From Gekko japonicus (lineage: Eukaryota), in contig NW_015174285.1 in NCBI RefSeq assembly GCF_001447785.1, positions 300,123 to 362,391 of the forward strand: DNA of 62,269 bases. The letters are read 5' to 3'. Shown piece after piece: positions 51,095 to 62,269 of the stretch (within the stretch, counting starts at the first letter, position 1; the number at the start of each line of letters is the position of its first letter). Below the pieces are notes generated by a model that made no database searches, was not told where the DNA came from, and worked only from the letters and a program-made list of their open reading frames with translations. A program made the translations under genes and the position numbers.

Positions 51095-52042
51095 GTTGCC
51101 AGGTTCCCCCTGGCCACTGGCGGGGGATAGGGGGTAGGGTTGCCAGATCCAGATTGGGAAACACCTGGAGATTTGGGGATGGAGCCTGGGGAGGACAGGG
51201 AGCCCACCTTCCAAAGCATCAATTTTCAGTAGGGGAACTGATCTCTGTAGTCTGGAGATAAGAGTTTAGTTACTAAAGTTTAGTTTTGCTTAATGTATTA
51301 CTGAGAAGCCTCACTCACTCTAAGAAGCCAAACAAAGCTAGGAGCTAAACTTTGATCTCCCAGTTATGCAACTCAATAGTCTCTCCTTCCATTCGTGCAT
51401 TCAGTTTTTATAAATTACTTTTAAAAAGGCCCATTGTGGAAATAAATACAACGGTCTCTAGAAAGAGGCTCTGGGTGGGTGCCCCGGCCTTGGACACTCA
51501 GTGTCAATTTGCTGTGGCAACCTCAGCAGGGTATAATGGCACTGAGTCCACCATTTTCTCTAGAGGAACTGATCTCTGCTAACTAAAGAACAGTTGTAAT
51601 TTTGAGTGATCTCCAGCCCTCACCTGGAGATTGGCAACGATGGTTCCCTAGAAGGGAATGGTTGGTTTGGAGGGTGGAGTCTATGGCTTTGTATCTGTCC
51701 GAGGTCCCATGCCTCCTGAAACCTCACCCTCTCCAGGTTCCATCCCTCACATCTCCAGGAATTTCCCACCTGGAGTTCGCAACCCTATCTCCTGCCCAGC
51801 CGATCATCAACCTACCTTTATTTCCTCCTCACTCTTTAGCTTTCCACCCCACACACACCTGCAGCCTCTCCCGTGCTCTGAAGCCCTGACTGCTACATCA
51901 CATTGGCTGTCATACGGGGGCCACCTCAGCAGCATATAAGGATACAGAGCCCACCATTTTCTCCAGGGGAACTGATCTCTGCCATCTGGAAAGTAGTTGT
52001 AATTCTGAGTGATCTCCAGCCCTCACCTGGAGATTGGCAACG
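51095..52042. mobile_element. Cluster of TAGGGTTGCCA-type MITE fragments
   Basis: Repeated ccattttctccaggggaactgatctct...ggagattggcaac motifs at about 51135-51260, 51530-51790 and 51940-52042. Confidence 0.7.
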
Positions 52043-53622
52043 ATTGACTGGCTATGGGGGGGAGAGGAACAGCAAACTGTTTAGAATGTTGGAAGCGAGA
52101 CTCAAGCAATGCAGCCAGTGGATAGGGACAGATTCTGAGTGACACACCAGGGTGCCAACCAGTTCCGGAGCGTGTGGAATGTTCTAGAGAAGTGCCACCA
52201 CCATTTGCCTTTTATGTAAAAGGGAGATATCCTGCTTGATTGTATTCAGTTTGAAGTAGGAGAAGAAGCAGAACTGGTACATATTTTAGCTTGCTTCCTT
52301 GGCTTGTGGGCGGCTGTGTTGGATGGTTGGATCTCTGCTGCTGGTTAGGGCAATGTCTGTAAGCAAGGACAAGTATTTTCCCCCAAACATTCCTTCAAGG
52401 TTTCCATCATTTCTAGAGTTGGTTGTATATCATCTAGATGTCAGAAAAACTCTAACTTGGAGCTGTAACTGTATTGGGTATCCTTGCTAGGCCCATGAAC
52501 CACTAAAAATTATTTACAAATATTAAAGTCAACTCCCTGAATACAAATACCTCTACTAACACATGTTGCTAAAGCAAAGTGGCTAGATATGCAGGAGGAA
52601 AGAAAACACGCAGAAAACATTAGGGAGATATTATCCAAAGTTACGTGCCCCACTAAGCATAGCAAAGTAAAAGAGTTTTAAAAATTCACTGAGAATAGTT
52701 TGTTAATTTTAAAGCCAAGTGAACCCATTATAGTGTCTGAGTCACTTCATTACACAGACTTGAAATTCTACGTGATTACACCTGGCTGTATGGATGACGA
52801 TGACTGATCCATTTGGCATTTTGCCAGAGAGGAAACTAGGTGCATACCAATAAATGTTTTCTTCAGCTCCCTGGTGGAAATTGCAAGAGCTAAATTAGAG
52901 GCCCTTCCCATTTATTATGACCTGCTGCTCTGTCTCCCATATGCTGTCATTAAAGTTGTTTATAGGGATTTAGGTGTATGCCAGAGGCAAATAAAGCAGT
53001 TGTGACAGGAAGTAGCCTCATGCTAAGGCTACCCTGCTGTGTTGCTATATTTCCCAAGTGTACAAAGAAGTACCCTCCTCAATAAATACCATTTTTTCAA
53101 CCTGTTCCATTCATGTGTGTGTACCCTGAGCTAACGTATGGTGTTGCGCAGCTTCAGTGTGTTCACCAGTTGCTTCCTCCCTGCCAAAAAAAGGAGGTTA
53201 AGGAGCAATTTGAGGGGATGACCTGGAGCTCTGGTAACTGCCATAGAAGTCTCTGCCCAAAGTGAATGACCTGGGTGCCAAATTGCTAATGCATCCAGTA
53301 GTAGCATACGTTAATTGTTGTAACTTGCTGCATCCTGAAGCCAGCCTCTTACAAGTCAACCAACAGCTCTTCAGTAATGTGGAAATCTTGTCTCTATTTT
53401 GAACAATCCCATCATTAAATATTTGTGCTGCAGCAATGGCAAGACTGCAAAACTGTTATCTGAATACAGAAAAATAACTAAGGTGACACATGCTGGAACT
53501 AATTAAGTTCAGAGCTACTTCCAATGTTATTTTTCTGTATCCATTTGGAAAATGCAGCAAGAAGATGCCTAAAGGCACACATATGTGGTGGTGGAACAAT
53601 TAGGTACAAGTACAGGACATCT

Positions 53623-54214
53623 GGGGCTGCGTGGCTCAGACGTTAAGACGCTGAACTGCAAACTGGAAAGTCTGTAGTTTGACCGTTTGAGACCCTAGTG
53701 CCGTCTGACAGAGTGAGCTCCCGTCTCTGGCCAGTTTGGTGTAGTGGTTAAGTGAGCGGACTCTAACCGGGTTTGATTCCCCACTCCTCCACTTGCACCT
53801 GGCTGGATGACCTTGGGCAAGCCGTAGTTCTGATAAGAGCTGTTCTTGAAAAAAGAGCAGTTTCTGTCAGAGCTCTCTCAGCCCCACCTACCTCACAGGG
53901 TGTCTGTTGTGGGGAGGGGAAGGGAAAGGAGTTTGTAAGCCACTCTGAGACACCTTTGGGTAGTGAAGGGTGGGGTATAAATCCAATCTCTTCTTCTTCT
54001 AGCTCTTGCCAACCTAGCAGTTTGAAAGCAAGAAATTGCAAGTAGATAAATAGGTACCGCTTCGATGGGAAAGTAACAGCGTTCTGTGCACCTCAACGTT
54101 TAGTCATGCTGGCCACATGACCACAGAAACATCTTTGGCTTGGAAACGGAGACAACCACCGCCATCTAGAGTCAGATTTGACTTGGTTTTGAGCAAGGGA
54201 AACCTTTATCTTTT
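53623..54214 (+). mobile_element. Full-length Sauria SINE with a nested Squam3 SINE (about 53735-54000)
   Basis: tRNA-like head ggggctgcgtggctcag. The body resumes at 54001 (gccaacctagcagtttgaaagca..gcaagtagataaataggtacc). ACCTTT-type tail and 12-bp TSD TACAGGACATCT. Confidence 0.9.
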
Positions 54215-54381
54215 TACAGGACATCTCACCAAGCTCCTCTTATTTCACAGTTACACCTGAACATGGTCATCATTACAAGTATTTTCAGCTATTTGTTGTC
54301 TAGGTTTGCGAGCAAGTCAGAAAACAATGTCAAAACTTCAGGAAGAGAGGTATGGTTCTGAAACAGCCCATGGAGAGAAAA

Positions 54382-54628
54382 CAGGGCCAAGGCCAATGGT
54401 GCAAAATCAGGAAAAATATGTTTTATTAGTTAAATTTCCAAAAATTCCCTATGTGTTTAGCCAACAGGATTCGTCAGGGGAATCTGTTTGGCTACTGCAA
54501 GACAAACAGATTCCCCTGACTAAGCCTATTGGTGGAACATGTAGGGAATTTCTGGAAATTTAACTGAGTAATAAAATATATTTTTACCTGATTTTGCACG
54601 ATTAGCCTTGGCCCTAATTTTTCTCTCC
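54382..54628. repeat. Long imperfect palindrome (fold-back MITE-like)
   Basis: Arms of about 110 bp (ggagagaaaa..gtcaggggaatctgtttg / caaacagattcccctgac..ttttctctcc) around a short loop at about 54496. Confidence 0.85.
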
Positions 54629-54786
54629 TGTGATTGGTGCAGCTCTTTATTTTCTGAAACAACCCATGACATACTATTAACATGCTAAATTTTCCCCACA
54701 GGAATCTCAAAGTTGAGAGTTGAGAGCTAATGGAAAAGAGGAAGCCTAAGTACTCCCTGAGCTAACAAGCATTTCACTGTCAAAAG

Positions 54787-55181
54787 CAGGGCTCTTTTTG
54801 TAGAAAAAGCCCAGCAGGAACTCATTAGCATAATAGGCCACACCCAACAGCAGGAACTCATTAGCATATTGGGCCACACCCCTGACAGCACAGCTCATTA
54901 GCACATTAGGCCGCACCCCCATGTTACCAGAAGTGTGGTCATCCAACCACACCCACCTTTTGCTTGTTATTCTGTTTACCTTGTTTGTTGTCAAAACCCA
55001 GGGCTTTTTTGTAGCAGGAACTCCTTTGCATGTTAGGCCACACACCCCTAATGTAGCCAATCCTAATGAGTTCCTGCTGTTGGGTGTGGCCTATTATGCT
55101 AATGAGTTCCTGCTGGGCGTGGCCAACTTGGGAGCCAGCCAAAACTCCATTCCTGTGCGTTCCTGCCCAAAAATAGCCCTG
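54787..55181 (+). mobile_element. Non-autonomous hAT MITE (CAGGGCT TIR) with multiple CTCATTAGCAT..GGCCACACCC units
   Basis: TIRs as in 35958-36296. Perfect TSD GTCAAAAG. Confidence 0.9.
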
Positions 55182-56511
55182 GTCAAAAGTAACATCCAAG
55201 TATCATCTGTAGCATATGCCACTGAGAAGGCTTCTGTGGCAGTTTTTTTGGCACAGTCCTGTTACTTCACATAATGTCCCATCATTGTTCTCTTCCACTT
55301 GGACACAGAACTTTTAGGCTATAGTCCTGTGTGGAAAGCAGCATTATGAAATACCACATATTAGCACTGAGGCATTAACATGAGCATCAGAATTAAAATT
55401 ACATCAGTACAGTAATCTTCAGCACACAGGGAAGTTCTGTTTTAGACTGCAGAAAAAAGCTGCTAAAAAGCTCTTAAATGATTGGGTGGATGAAGCACCT
55501 CCCCCACAAGAAAAGTCTAGACAGTTTGGAAGGTTTATGTTAGGAAAAAGATCGGTGGGAGGTGGGACATAATACAGTTTCATAAAATTATGCATGGTAT
55601 TGAAACCATGGATAGAGAGAGAGACTTCTGTAATACTATAATTATGAGTCACATAGGCAGTGGTCAGACAACAGGCTTGGCGTGCTCTGGCCCTGCCTCT
55701 AATTAATCCAGGTTTTTTTACAGAGAGTTTTGATCTGACATCCCAACCTGAACCTGCATCACCATGTGCTCACTCCATGGTTGAACATTCAGATTATTGC
55801 TGCATTGGGCGGCATCCTTTTTTTAATTGTCTGCGCAGAAGTGTTCATTCGATCCACCACTCCATTGTGACAGCTCCACAATCCCTCCACCATGTACTGC
55901 AGCCCTTCTCAGCCTCCTTTACTTCACCTCTCTTCATTGGAATACGGGGGGGGGGAGCGCAAGCATTAGGAAGATATACATGAGAGTAGCCCTGTTGACT
56001 GCAGTACATTTACTCTTGTGTCAATCATAGGATGCTCTCAATCTCAAACAACAACTCTAAAGCAGAAACAGGAGAGAGGGGTTTTTTTGGGGGGGGGGAT
56101 TTGTCTCTCAAAAACAACTCCCCCAGGAGCTCCCGATCCAGAACGACTACTTGGCTGCTGTCCTGTTCATACAAGCGGTGATTGACAACGCCAGGGGCAA
56201 TTATGCACTTATGCTCACTTCACTACCTGATCAAAAGGGGGGGGGGGACAGACAGGAAGGTTCACACTTCCCAGCCAGCTTGAGTTCACAACAGGAGAGT
56301 TCAGGTATTTGGAAATGTGGGATGAAAGCACTGACATCCGTAAAGACTGGACTTTCCCCAGTGCCTAATAACTCTGATTCCAAGGTGGGTCAGAACAGGA
56401 TGCTAACGACTGAGGAGTGGGAGGCAGATATCGTTATCTGATAGTACACTTTAAATCCGGAAGGGAACAGCAACGACATCGGATCAAACTGCTCATCTGA
56501 CCACAGCCCCA

Positions 56512-56637
56512 GTCTCAGAGGGTAGCAATGTTGGTCTGCAGTAGAAGAGCTAGATTTGAGTCCAGTAGCACCTTAGAGACCAATAAGATTTTCAGGGTGT
56601 AAGCTTTCCAGAGACAAAGTTCCCTTCATCAGATACC
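56512..56637 (-). mobile_element. Penelope pseudo-LTR fragment
   Basis: Reverse complement ..gaaagcttacaccctgaaaatcttattggtctctaaggtgctactggactc..ctactgcagaccaac, typical of squamate Penelope terminal repeats. Confidence 0.7.
56597..56636 (-). ncRNA. Degenerate minimal type I hammerhead ribozyme motif (Penelope-associated)
   Basis: GTAT-CTGATGA-[agggaac ttt gtctct]-g-GAAA-GCTT-A-CAC: CUGAUGA and GAAA cores with a palindromic AAGCTT stem III. Confidence 0.55.
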
Positions 56638-57106
56638 CAGTGAAACTGAATTACAGTAGGTACAAGATAGACTAAAGCAAACATTTAAACAAACAATGCA
56701 TTATGGAATTCCCTGTCATAAGATGGCATGATAGCCACTGGTTTAGGCCTGTGACATTGACAGGGCAAACTACTTTACCTGTGGGATTTTTTGCTCACAC
56801 GGTTCTCTTTAAACTAGGCTGCCACCATGCAAACAATTGTGTATGCACAACAGATGTCTGTAGCCCAAGTAGGTGTTCCACTAGCATGCTAAATGCATGG
56901 GTGCTTAGCTTAGATATCATCATGGTTTCATCAAGATGCTGTGAAAGTATAAGCCACATGGGTAAGTCTTTTTGCCATGCCAGTACCACATTTAAATCAG
57001 GCCTTAGATAGCTTTAAAAGAAGGGTTAGTCAAATCTATGGATGATAGATTAATGACTATAGCCATGAGCCTCCAGGTTTAGTACGCTTCTGAATATCAG
57101 AGGTCA

Positions 57107-57560
57107 CAAGACGGGGACCCGCAATACTCGCGGGGGGGAGAAGAGCTCCGTCTCCTCCATCCCCCCCCCGCTCGATCTCCCCGAGGAGGAGGCGGTGGTG
57201 GTGAGGCCGGTCCTCCCCCCGCCCGCCCGGCTCGGAGGCGGCGGCGGAGAGGCCGGTCCTTCCCCCCCTTTGCCGGGTTTGGCGGCAGCGGCGGCGAGGC
57301 CGGTCCGCCCCCTGCCCGCCCGGCTCTGAGGCGGAGGCGGCAGCGGAGAAGCCGGTCCTTTCCCCCCCTCCCCTTTGCGCTCTTGCACTTTCGGGGGGAT
57401 TTAAACATCCCCCCGAAATTTTTTTCTACTTTTAGCATTTTTGTGCACACGTGGGGACTGGCCCACGTGTGCACAAACCTCCCCCTCCCCCCCAAGTGCC
57501 CCCGGAGCGCTGATTTAGCGATCCGCACTCCGGGGGCAACTTGGCTATTAGATATATAGA
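57107..57560 (-). mobile_element. Non-autonomous Helitron, GC/CpG-rich (same family as 39048-39646)
   Basis: Minus strand: A|TCTATATATCTAATAG ... cccgcgagtattgcggg ... CTTG|T. Inserted at an A/T site in an old CR1-like tail. Confidence 0.85.
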
Positions 57561-57606
57561 TATGATGCCAAACAGCCGATGGCTGTGGCCTTCATCCTTT
57601 CTGGAA

Positions 57607-57761
57607 GGGTTGTCAACAGGTCTGGAGAAGCTTAATATGTGGAAATAGGCAGCTGAAGCTTTTCATGGCATGGAGGTAAAGAACATCACCTGCTATATAA
57701 CATTCCTTTAAGCCTCCATTAAAGGTACAGGACATTTGTTCTCCAGGCAGCTGGCAAGCCT
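57607..57761. mobile_element. Small hAT-like MITE
   Basis: agggttgtcaac / ctggcaagccta ends. Homologous to 2655-2795. Confidence 0.6.
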
Positions 57762-59084
57762 ATCCTAAGATGTGTTTCCCAGAAGCAGCTGGTTTTTTGT
57801 TGTAGGAAACAGGATCCTGAAGTAGATGGGCATGGTCCAGCAGAGCTCTTTGTATGTTCAGACAAACAGGAAGAAGTGAAGCATGGCATGGAAGTGACAA
57901 GGGAAACCCACCTGCTGTCACAGATTTTTTTAAAAAATAAGAATGGTGGTACTTCTGTCACTGAGATGGAAAATATTTCACTAAACACCTATCTAGACAT
58001 TCTGAGAGCAGACCTCACTTATTGGCACCTGGTGTGCTCTGAACCTTCCTGACTTCTGTTCTCTATCTAGCAGCTTCTGAATAGGAGGTTGCAACAGGTG
58101 TGGTTCACTCAGGTAATCCTTCAATTCACAATCAGAGGGACAAACAGTTTCCCCGCCCACAAGTTAAAGAGGAAGCCTTTTGGGAAGGGTTCCCACAGTA
58201 GGAGAACAAAATCCTGTATGTTGTAACTACTTCCCAGTACCATTTCATGTGGTTTCATAGCAGTAGTAATGGCAATTTAATAAGAACAGGCAAGATCTAT
58301 CTCACATTTCATACAGACTGTTAATGTCTGGAAGCAAAATGTGGAAACCTACTCTCTTTGCAAGCTGAAAATGAGAGCATTTCCCATCTATGGTCTACTA
58401 CTATTTGAAATTATTTATATGATTTTCTCATACAGAAGAGGTTATACATTGCAACTGGTTACTCATGCAGAACTTTTATTTCATGAAACTTCTGTGCACA
58501 GCTGTCCCCTATTCTGCTATTTGCGCTAGACCCAGATACATCAGTCCACAACAAACACCTCAGCACATAAGTTAGTTGCACATAAGTTAGTTACACAGTT
58601 ACTAGGGGAAAGTGGGCACTCCAGTCAGCATACCAGGAGTCCAGGTGGGCACAAAATCTCCTGACTTTTGTGTAGAATTTTTCCATAGAAAGGATGTCGA
58701 CAGTATCACATTACTATATATGGATAATGCAAAATCAAATCTGAATATACATCTGGGGGTAGGGCATTTAAAGACATTTCCCAGTTTGACCTAAAAAGAC
58801 ACTTTTAAGGGGATTTTTGCCATCATATGTGCAGCTCCAGATGCCCAAAGCAGCCCATTGTAGCTTTATTATTCTATCTTTCCAGAAGTCTAGAAAGCAC
58901 ATAGAAAGTTAAAATGATACACACAGTTTGACAATATCTAAAACAGATAAAACCCCAGTAAAATCACAGAAAGCCTAACCACACCAATTAGAATCCCGCA
59001 AGATAAAAACAATCAGCCATCTTAGTTCCATCTTAGTAATGGAATAGTAACAAGGAATAGCAATGAGGTTTTATGCACCTCCTC

Positions 59085-59275
59085 AGTAGCCCAATAGCCC
59101 AGCTGGGAAGCTAAGCAGGGTCAGCCATGGTTAGTACTTGTATGGAAGACGACCATGGAAGACTGGGGTTAGTATACAGAAGAAGGCAAAGGCAAACCAC
59201 CTCTGCTCGTCTCCTGCTTTGAACACCCCACAGATGGGTTTTCCATGAGTCAGTTGTGACTCAATGCCATGTCAT
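59085..59275 (+). mobile_element. 5S rRNA-derived SINE
   Basis: gaagctaagcagggtcagccatggttagtacttgtatggaagac, with the same tail as 27835-28032. Confidence 0.65.
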
Positions 59276-59486
59276 TCATTCATTATGCCCCTTCTTAGGA
59301 AACCAGTTCCACAAGACTGAATGCTCTTGCCCTTGCCACAACCAAGGAGGCCTGACAGGTAGACCATATTGTTAGTAAGGCTTGTTAGGCAGATTTAACT
59401 GACATGTGTGTATAAATGGGGAGGTGGCCCTTCAGGTAATACTCCAAAGTACAAAATGAATAGTCTTGTGAAATAGCCTAAACAAG

Positions 59487-60048
59487 TGTGTGTGTTATGT
59501 GCCATCAAGTCATTTCTAACTTATGGTGAGCCTACAAATCAATTACCTCCAAAATGTCCTATTGTTAACAGCCTTGCTCAGGTTTTGCAAACTGAGGACC
59601 GTGGCTTCCTTTATTGAGTCAATCCATCACCTGTTGGGTCTTCCTCTTTTCCTGCTGCCTTCAATTTTTCCTAGCATTATTGTCTTTTCCAGTACCTCTT
59701 GTCTTCTCATAATGTGACCAAAGTATGATAGCTTCAGTTTAGTTATCTTACCTTCTAGGGAGAATTCAGCCTTGATTTGATCTAGAAGGCACTTATTTGT
59801 CTTTTGGGTGGTCCATGGTATTTGTGAAACTCTCCTCCAACACTACATATCAAAGGAATCAAATTTCTTCCTGTCAGCTTTCTTCAACTTTCACACCCAT
59901 ACATAGTAATTGGGGAATACTATGGCATGAATTAACATGATCTTTGTTGCCACTGACACATCCTTATACTTAAGAATCCTTCATGGCTTCCCATCTCAGT
60001 CTCAATCTCCTGATTTCTTGTTTGCAGTCTCCCTTTTGGTTGATGAGT
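59487..60048 (-). mobile_element. RTE-clade LINE 3' fragment
   Basis: Reverse strand encodes KLSYFGHIMRRQEVLEKTIMLGKIEGSRKRGRPNR.WIDSIKE. (CA)-type tail. Confidence 0.8.
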
Positions 60049-61104
60049 ATAGAGCAATGACCCCTATCTTTTACCTTCTGTTATACTAGGCTCTCGTTCC
60101 CACTTAACAATATGAAATGAACTTTGCAGTGGCAATAAGCACACACAAAGAGAAAGTGGTACTGTGGGAATTTAAACCTTCTGGTGCTTCCTTTCCAACT
60201 CCCATCAGGAGGGGGTCAGATCTGGGGCAGCCTGCCCTTGTCCATTCTATACCTCTAGCTATAGACCATTCTCTTCCAGTTGTTCCCAGGCATACACACC
60301 CAGTCAGGTGAAACCACCAGTGACAAGTACGAAAGGAAAGCATGTTGTCTTTTCACACAGCAGCAAGTGTCACGCTGTTGCAGAACCTGACTCACTGGCT
60401 ACTTCAGTTCCCACATTAAGTGCCTTGGAGAAATGCAAATTCCATCCTGCATGCAAATGATCCTTTGGCATAACATTCCCAAGAGAGGATTCCTGTAATG
60501 CTGATAGCCTCTGAATCGTTAATATATTCAAATATGTCAGACATACTTGTGGGGAAGGCAAATATGGCTGTCAAATGCAGTGTACAGAAGGACAGTCTCA
60601 GATTAACTATGCTTCACCTGAACAGCAAGACACAGTGAGTCTCAGAAAAAGTGAAAACAGAAAATTCCAGTGTGGTCTAACCATAGATCTTCCCTTTCCA
60701 TAGAGAAATGTTATTTAGGAAACATGGCACAAGCAGTGATGCCTGTGCAGCAAGGTGAATAACTCCCCCCCCCCTCAAAGTCATCTTCTTATATCATGAT
60801 TTATGATAAAAAGACATTGCAGTTCTTGGAAAAGCTGCCATGTTTCTGCTGTGCTAAATCCTGACTGGAAACAATTACACAAGTTCAGATCAAACTACAA
60901 TTATCATATCTTGTTCAAAAGTTTTCTCTGCCCTTGGAAAATGCAAGACAGCTGAGACAAGAAATTTTCCTTGACAAGAATGTGTGTCTGAGACAGTCTT
61001 GTGGAAATAGTGTGAAGGGGGGAAATATTCTGTCTTAATTGGTCCACAGGCGGGCCTTGGTTCCTGTCAGAGCGCACTGGAGCACCGCTCCACCAGTCAG
61101 GAGC

Positions 61105-62000
61105 CCAGGGGATGGGCACATAAGCCCCGCCGCCTGCTCCCACCAGCCAACAGTTGGGACATGGGGGGGCAAACGTTCCCACCTCCCTCAGCCCCGGGTG
61201 GTGGCCTTGGACTTGTAGGGGCAAATTCCACCTCTCATGCGAGAGGTCATTCTGGCTCCCCCAGCTCTCCTTCGGGGCTCCTTAAAAAGTTATGGCCACC
61301 GTCGCTGTTCTCAGGGGCAGCTGCAACGCCTGCCGGGGAGGGAAGGGCAAAACGTTCTCCTGCCTCCCTGAGCCCCGGGGTGGTGGCCTTGGACTCGTAG
61401 GGGCAAATTCCACCTCTCGCGTGTGATGTCCAAGCGGCGAGAGGTCATTCTGGCTCCCCCAGGTCTTGGGAGGGGCTCTTTAAAAAGTTATGGCCGCCGC
61501 CGCTGTTCTCGGTGGAAGCTGCGATGCCCACGCAGGGGGGAGGGGAGGGGCAAAATGTTTCCTTGCCTCTCTGAGCCCTGGGGTGGTGGCCTTGGACTCG
61601 AAGGGGCAAATTCCACCTTTTGCATGTGATGGAGCCCCGGGGTAACTTTTTTCCCACCATAGAGAACAATGAAGGGGATGGGGACAACCTGTTTGAGGGC
61701 CCGTAGAGTTGGACCCCCTGGTTCAGTATTCCTGAAACATGGCGGGTATCTTGGGGAGAGGCTCCAGCAGCTACCCTGCAATGTTGGAGCCTCTCCCTTA
61801 AACCCCCTCTCCTCCAGCCCCCAGAATATACCCTATGTTTTCGCCATTGACTTCAATGGCCCATAGGATATAATGGGGCTGAACTGCGGGAAGCCGATTC
61901 AGATCAGAGAATCTGATTCAGCCCGCAGCAGCCTGAAAGGGGGCTGAATGGGCCATTTTTGGGGGTGCATTCGGTTCAGATGAACGAAATGCACATCCCT
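61105..62000. mobile_element. GC-rich hAT-like non-autonomous element with ~180-200-bp internal tandem units
   Basis: Right end ..gaaatgcacatccct (TAGGGATGTGC-type TIR) with subterminal attcgg/ccgaat-like repeats. About 2.4 repeat units at 61167-61617. Left end and TSD not resolved. Confidence 0.55.
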
Positions 62001-62269
62001 CCATCAGCCGGCTTGCTCGGGCTCGCTGCAGCCGCGGGGATGCTGAGCAAGCCAAGGGAATGGAAGGTGGTTTAAACCGCCTCTCCTTCCCTCCAGCAGC
62101 CAGCTTGCTCGGGCTCCACGAGCAAACCAAGGGAAGGGAAGGTGGCAGAGCAGCTGGAGACATTGAGCCTCAGCTCCACAAGTAATGAGCACTCGAGCCC
62201 CGCCCCCAGCAGCCCCAGCAGTCTTGGGAGGCAGATTGGCAAAAAGCAAAACCAAAAGCGCAGGAACTC

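Overview
Vertebrate nuclear DNA, very likely a squamate reptile and probably a gecko. This is inferred from Squam3-type SINEs with (CTT)n tails, Sauria SINEs, and CR1, L2, RTE/BovB, L1 and Penelope fragments. The window is intronic or intergenic and dominated by transposable elements. I cannot identify any host protein-coding gene with confidence; there is only a weak signal-peptide exon candidate on the minus strand at about 12.4 kb. The main elements are: (i) a two-LTR, decayed Gmr1-type Ty3/gypsy retrotransposon (21029-26664; 483-bp LTRs, GATGG TSD, integrase upstream of RT, SCAN-like Gag); (ii) a second, rearranged gypsy pol remnant on the minus strand; (iii) two young GC/CpG-rich non-autonomous Helitrons; (iv) several families of non-autonomous hAT elements with readable 8-bp TSDs, some carrying repeated octamer+KLF motifs; (v) four solo LTRs; (vi) a Penelope remnant and a degenerate Penelope-type hammerhead ribozyme. 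I see no clear new biological system. The most unusual observations are two TG...CA-bounded inserts with 12-13-bp TSDs, the Helitron-borne CpG islands and the Oct/KLF-motif MITEs. Boundaries without a stated TSD are approximate, and family names come from recognition, not database searches.
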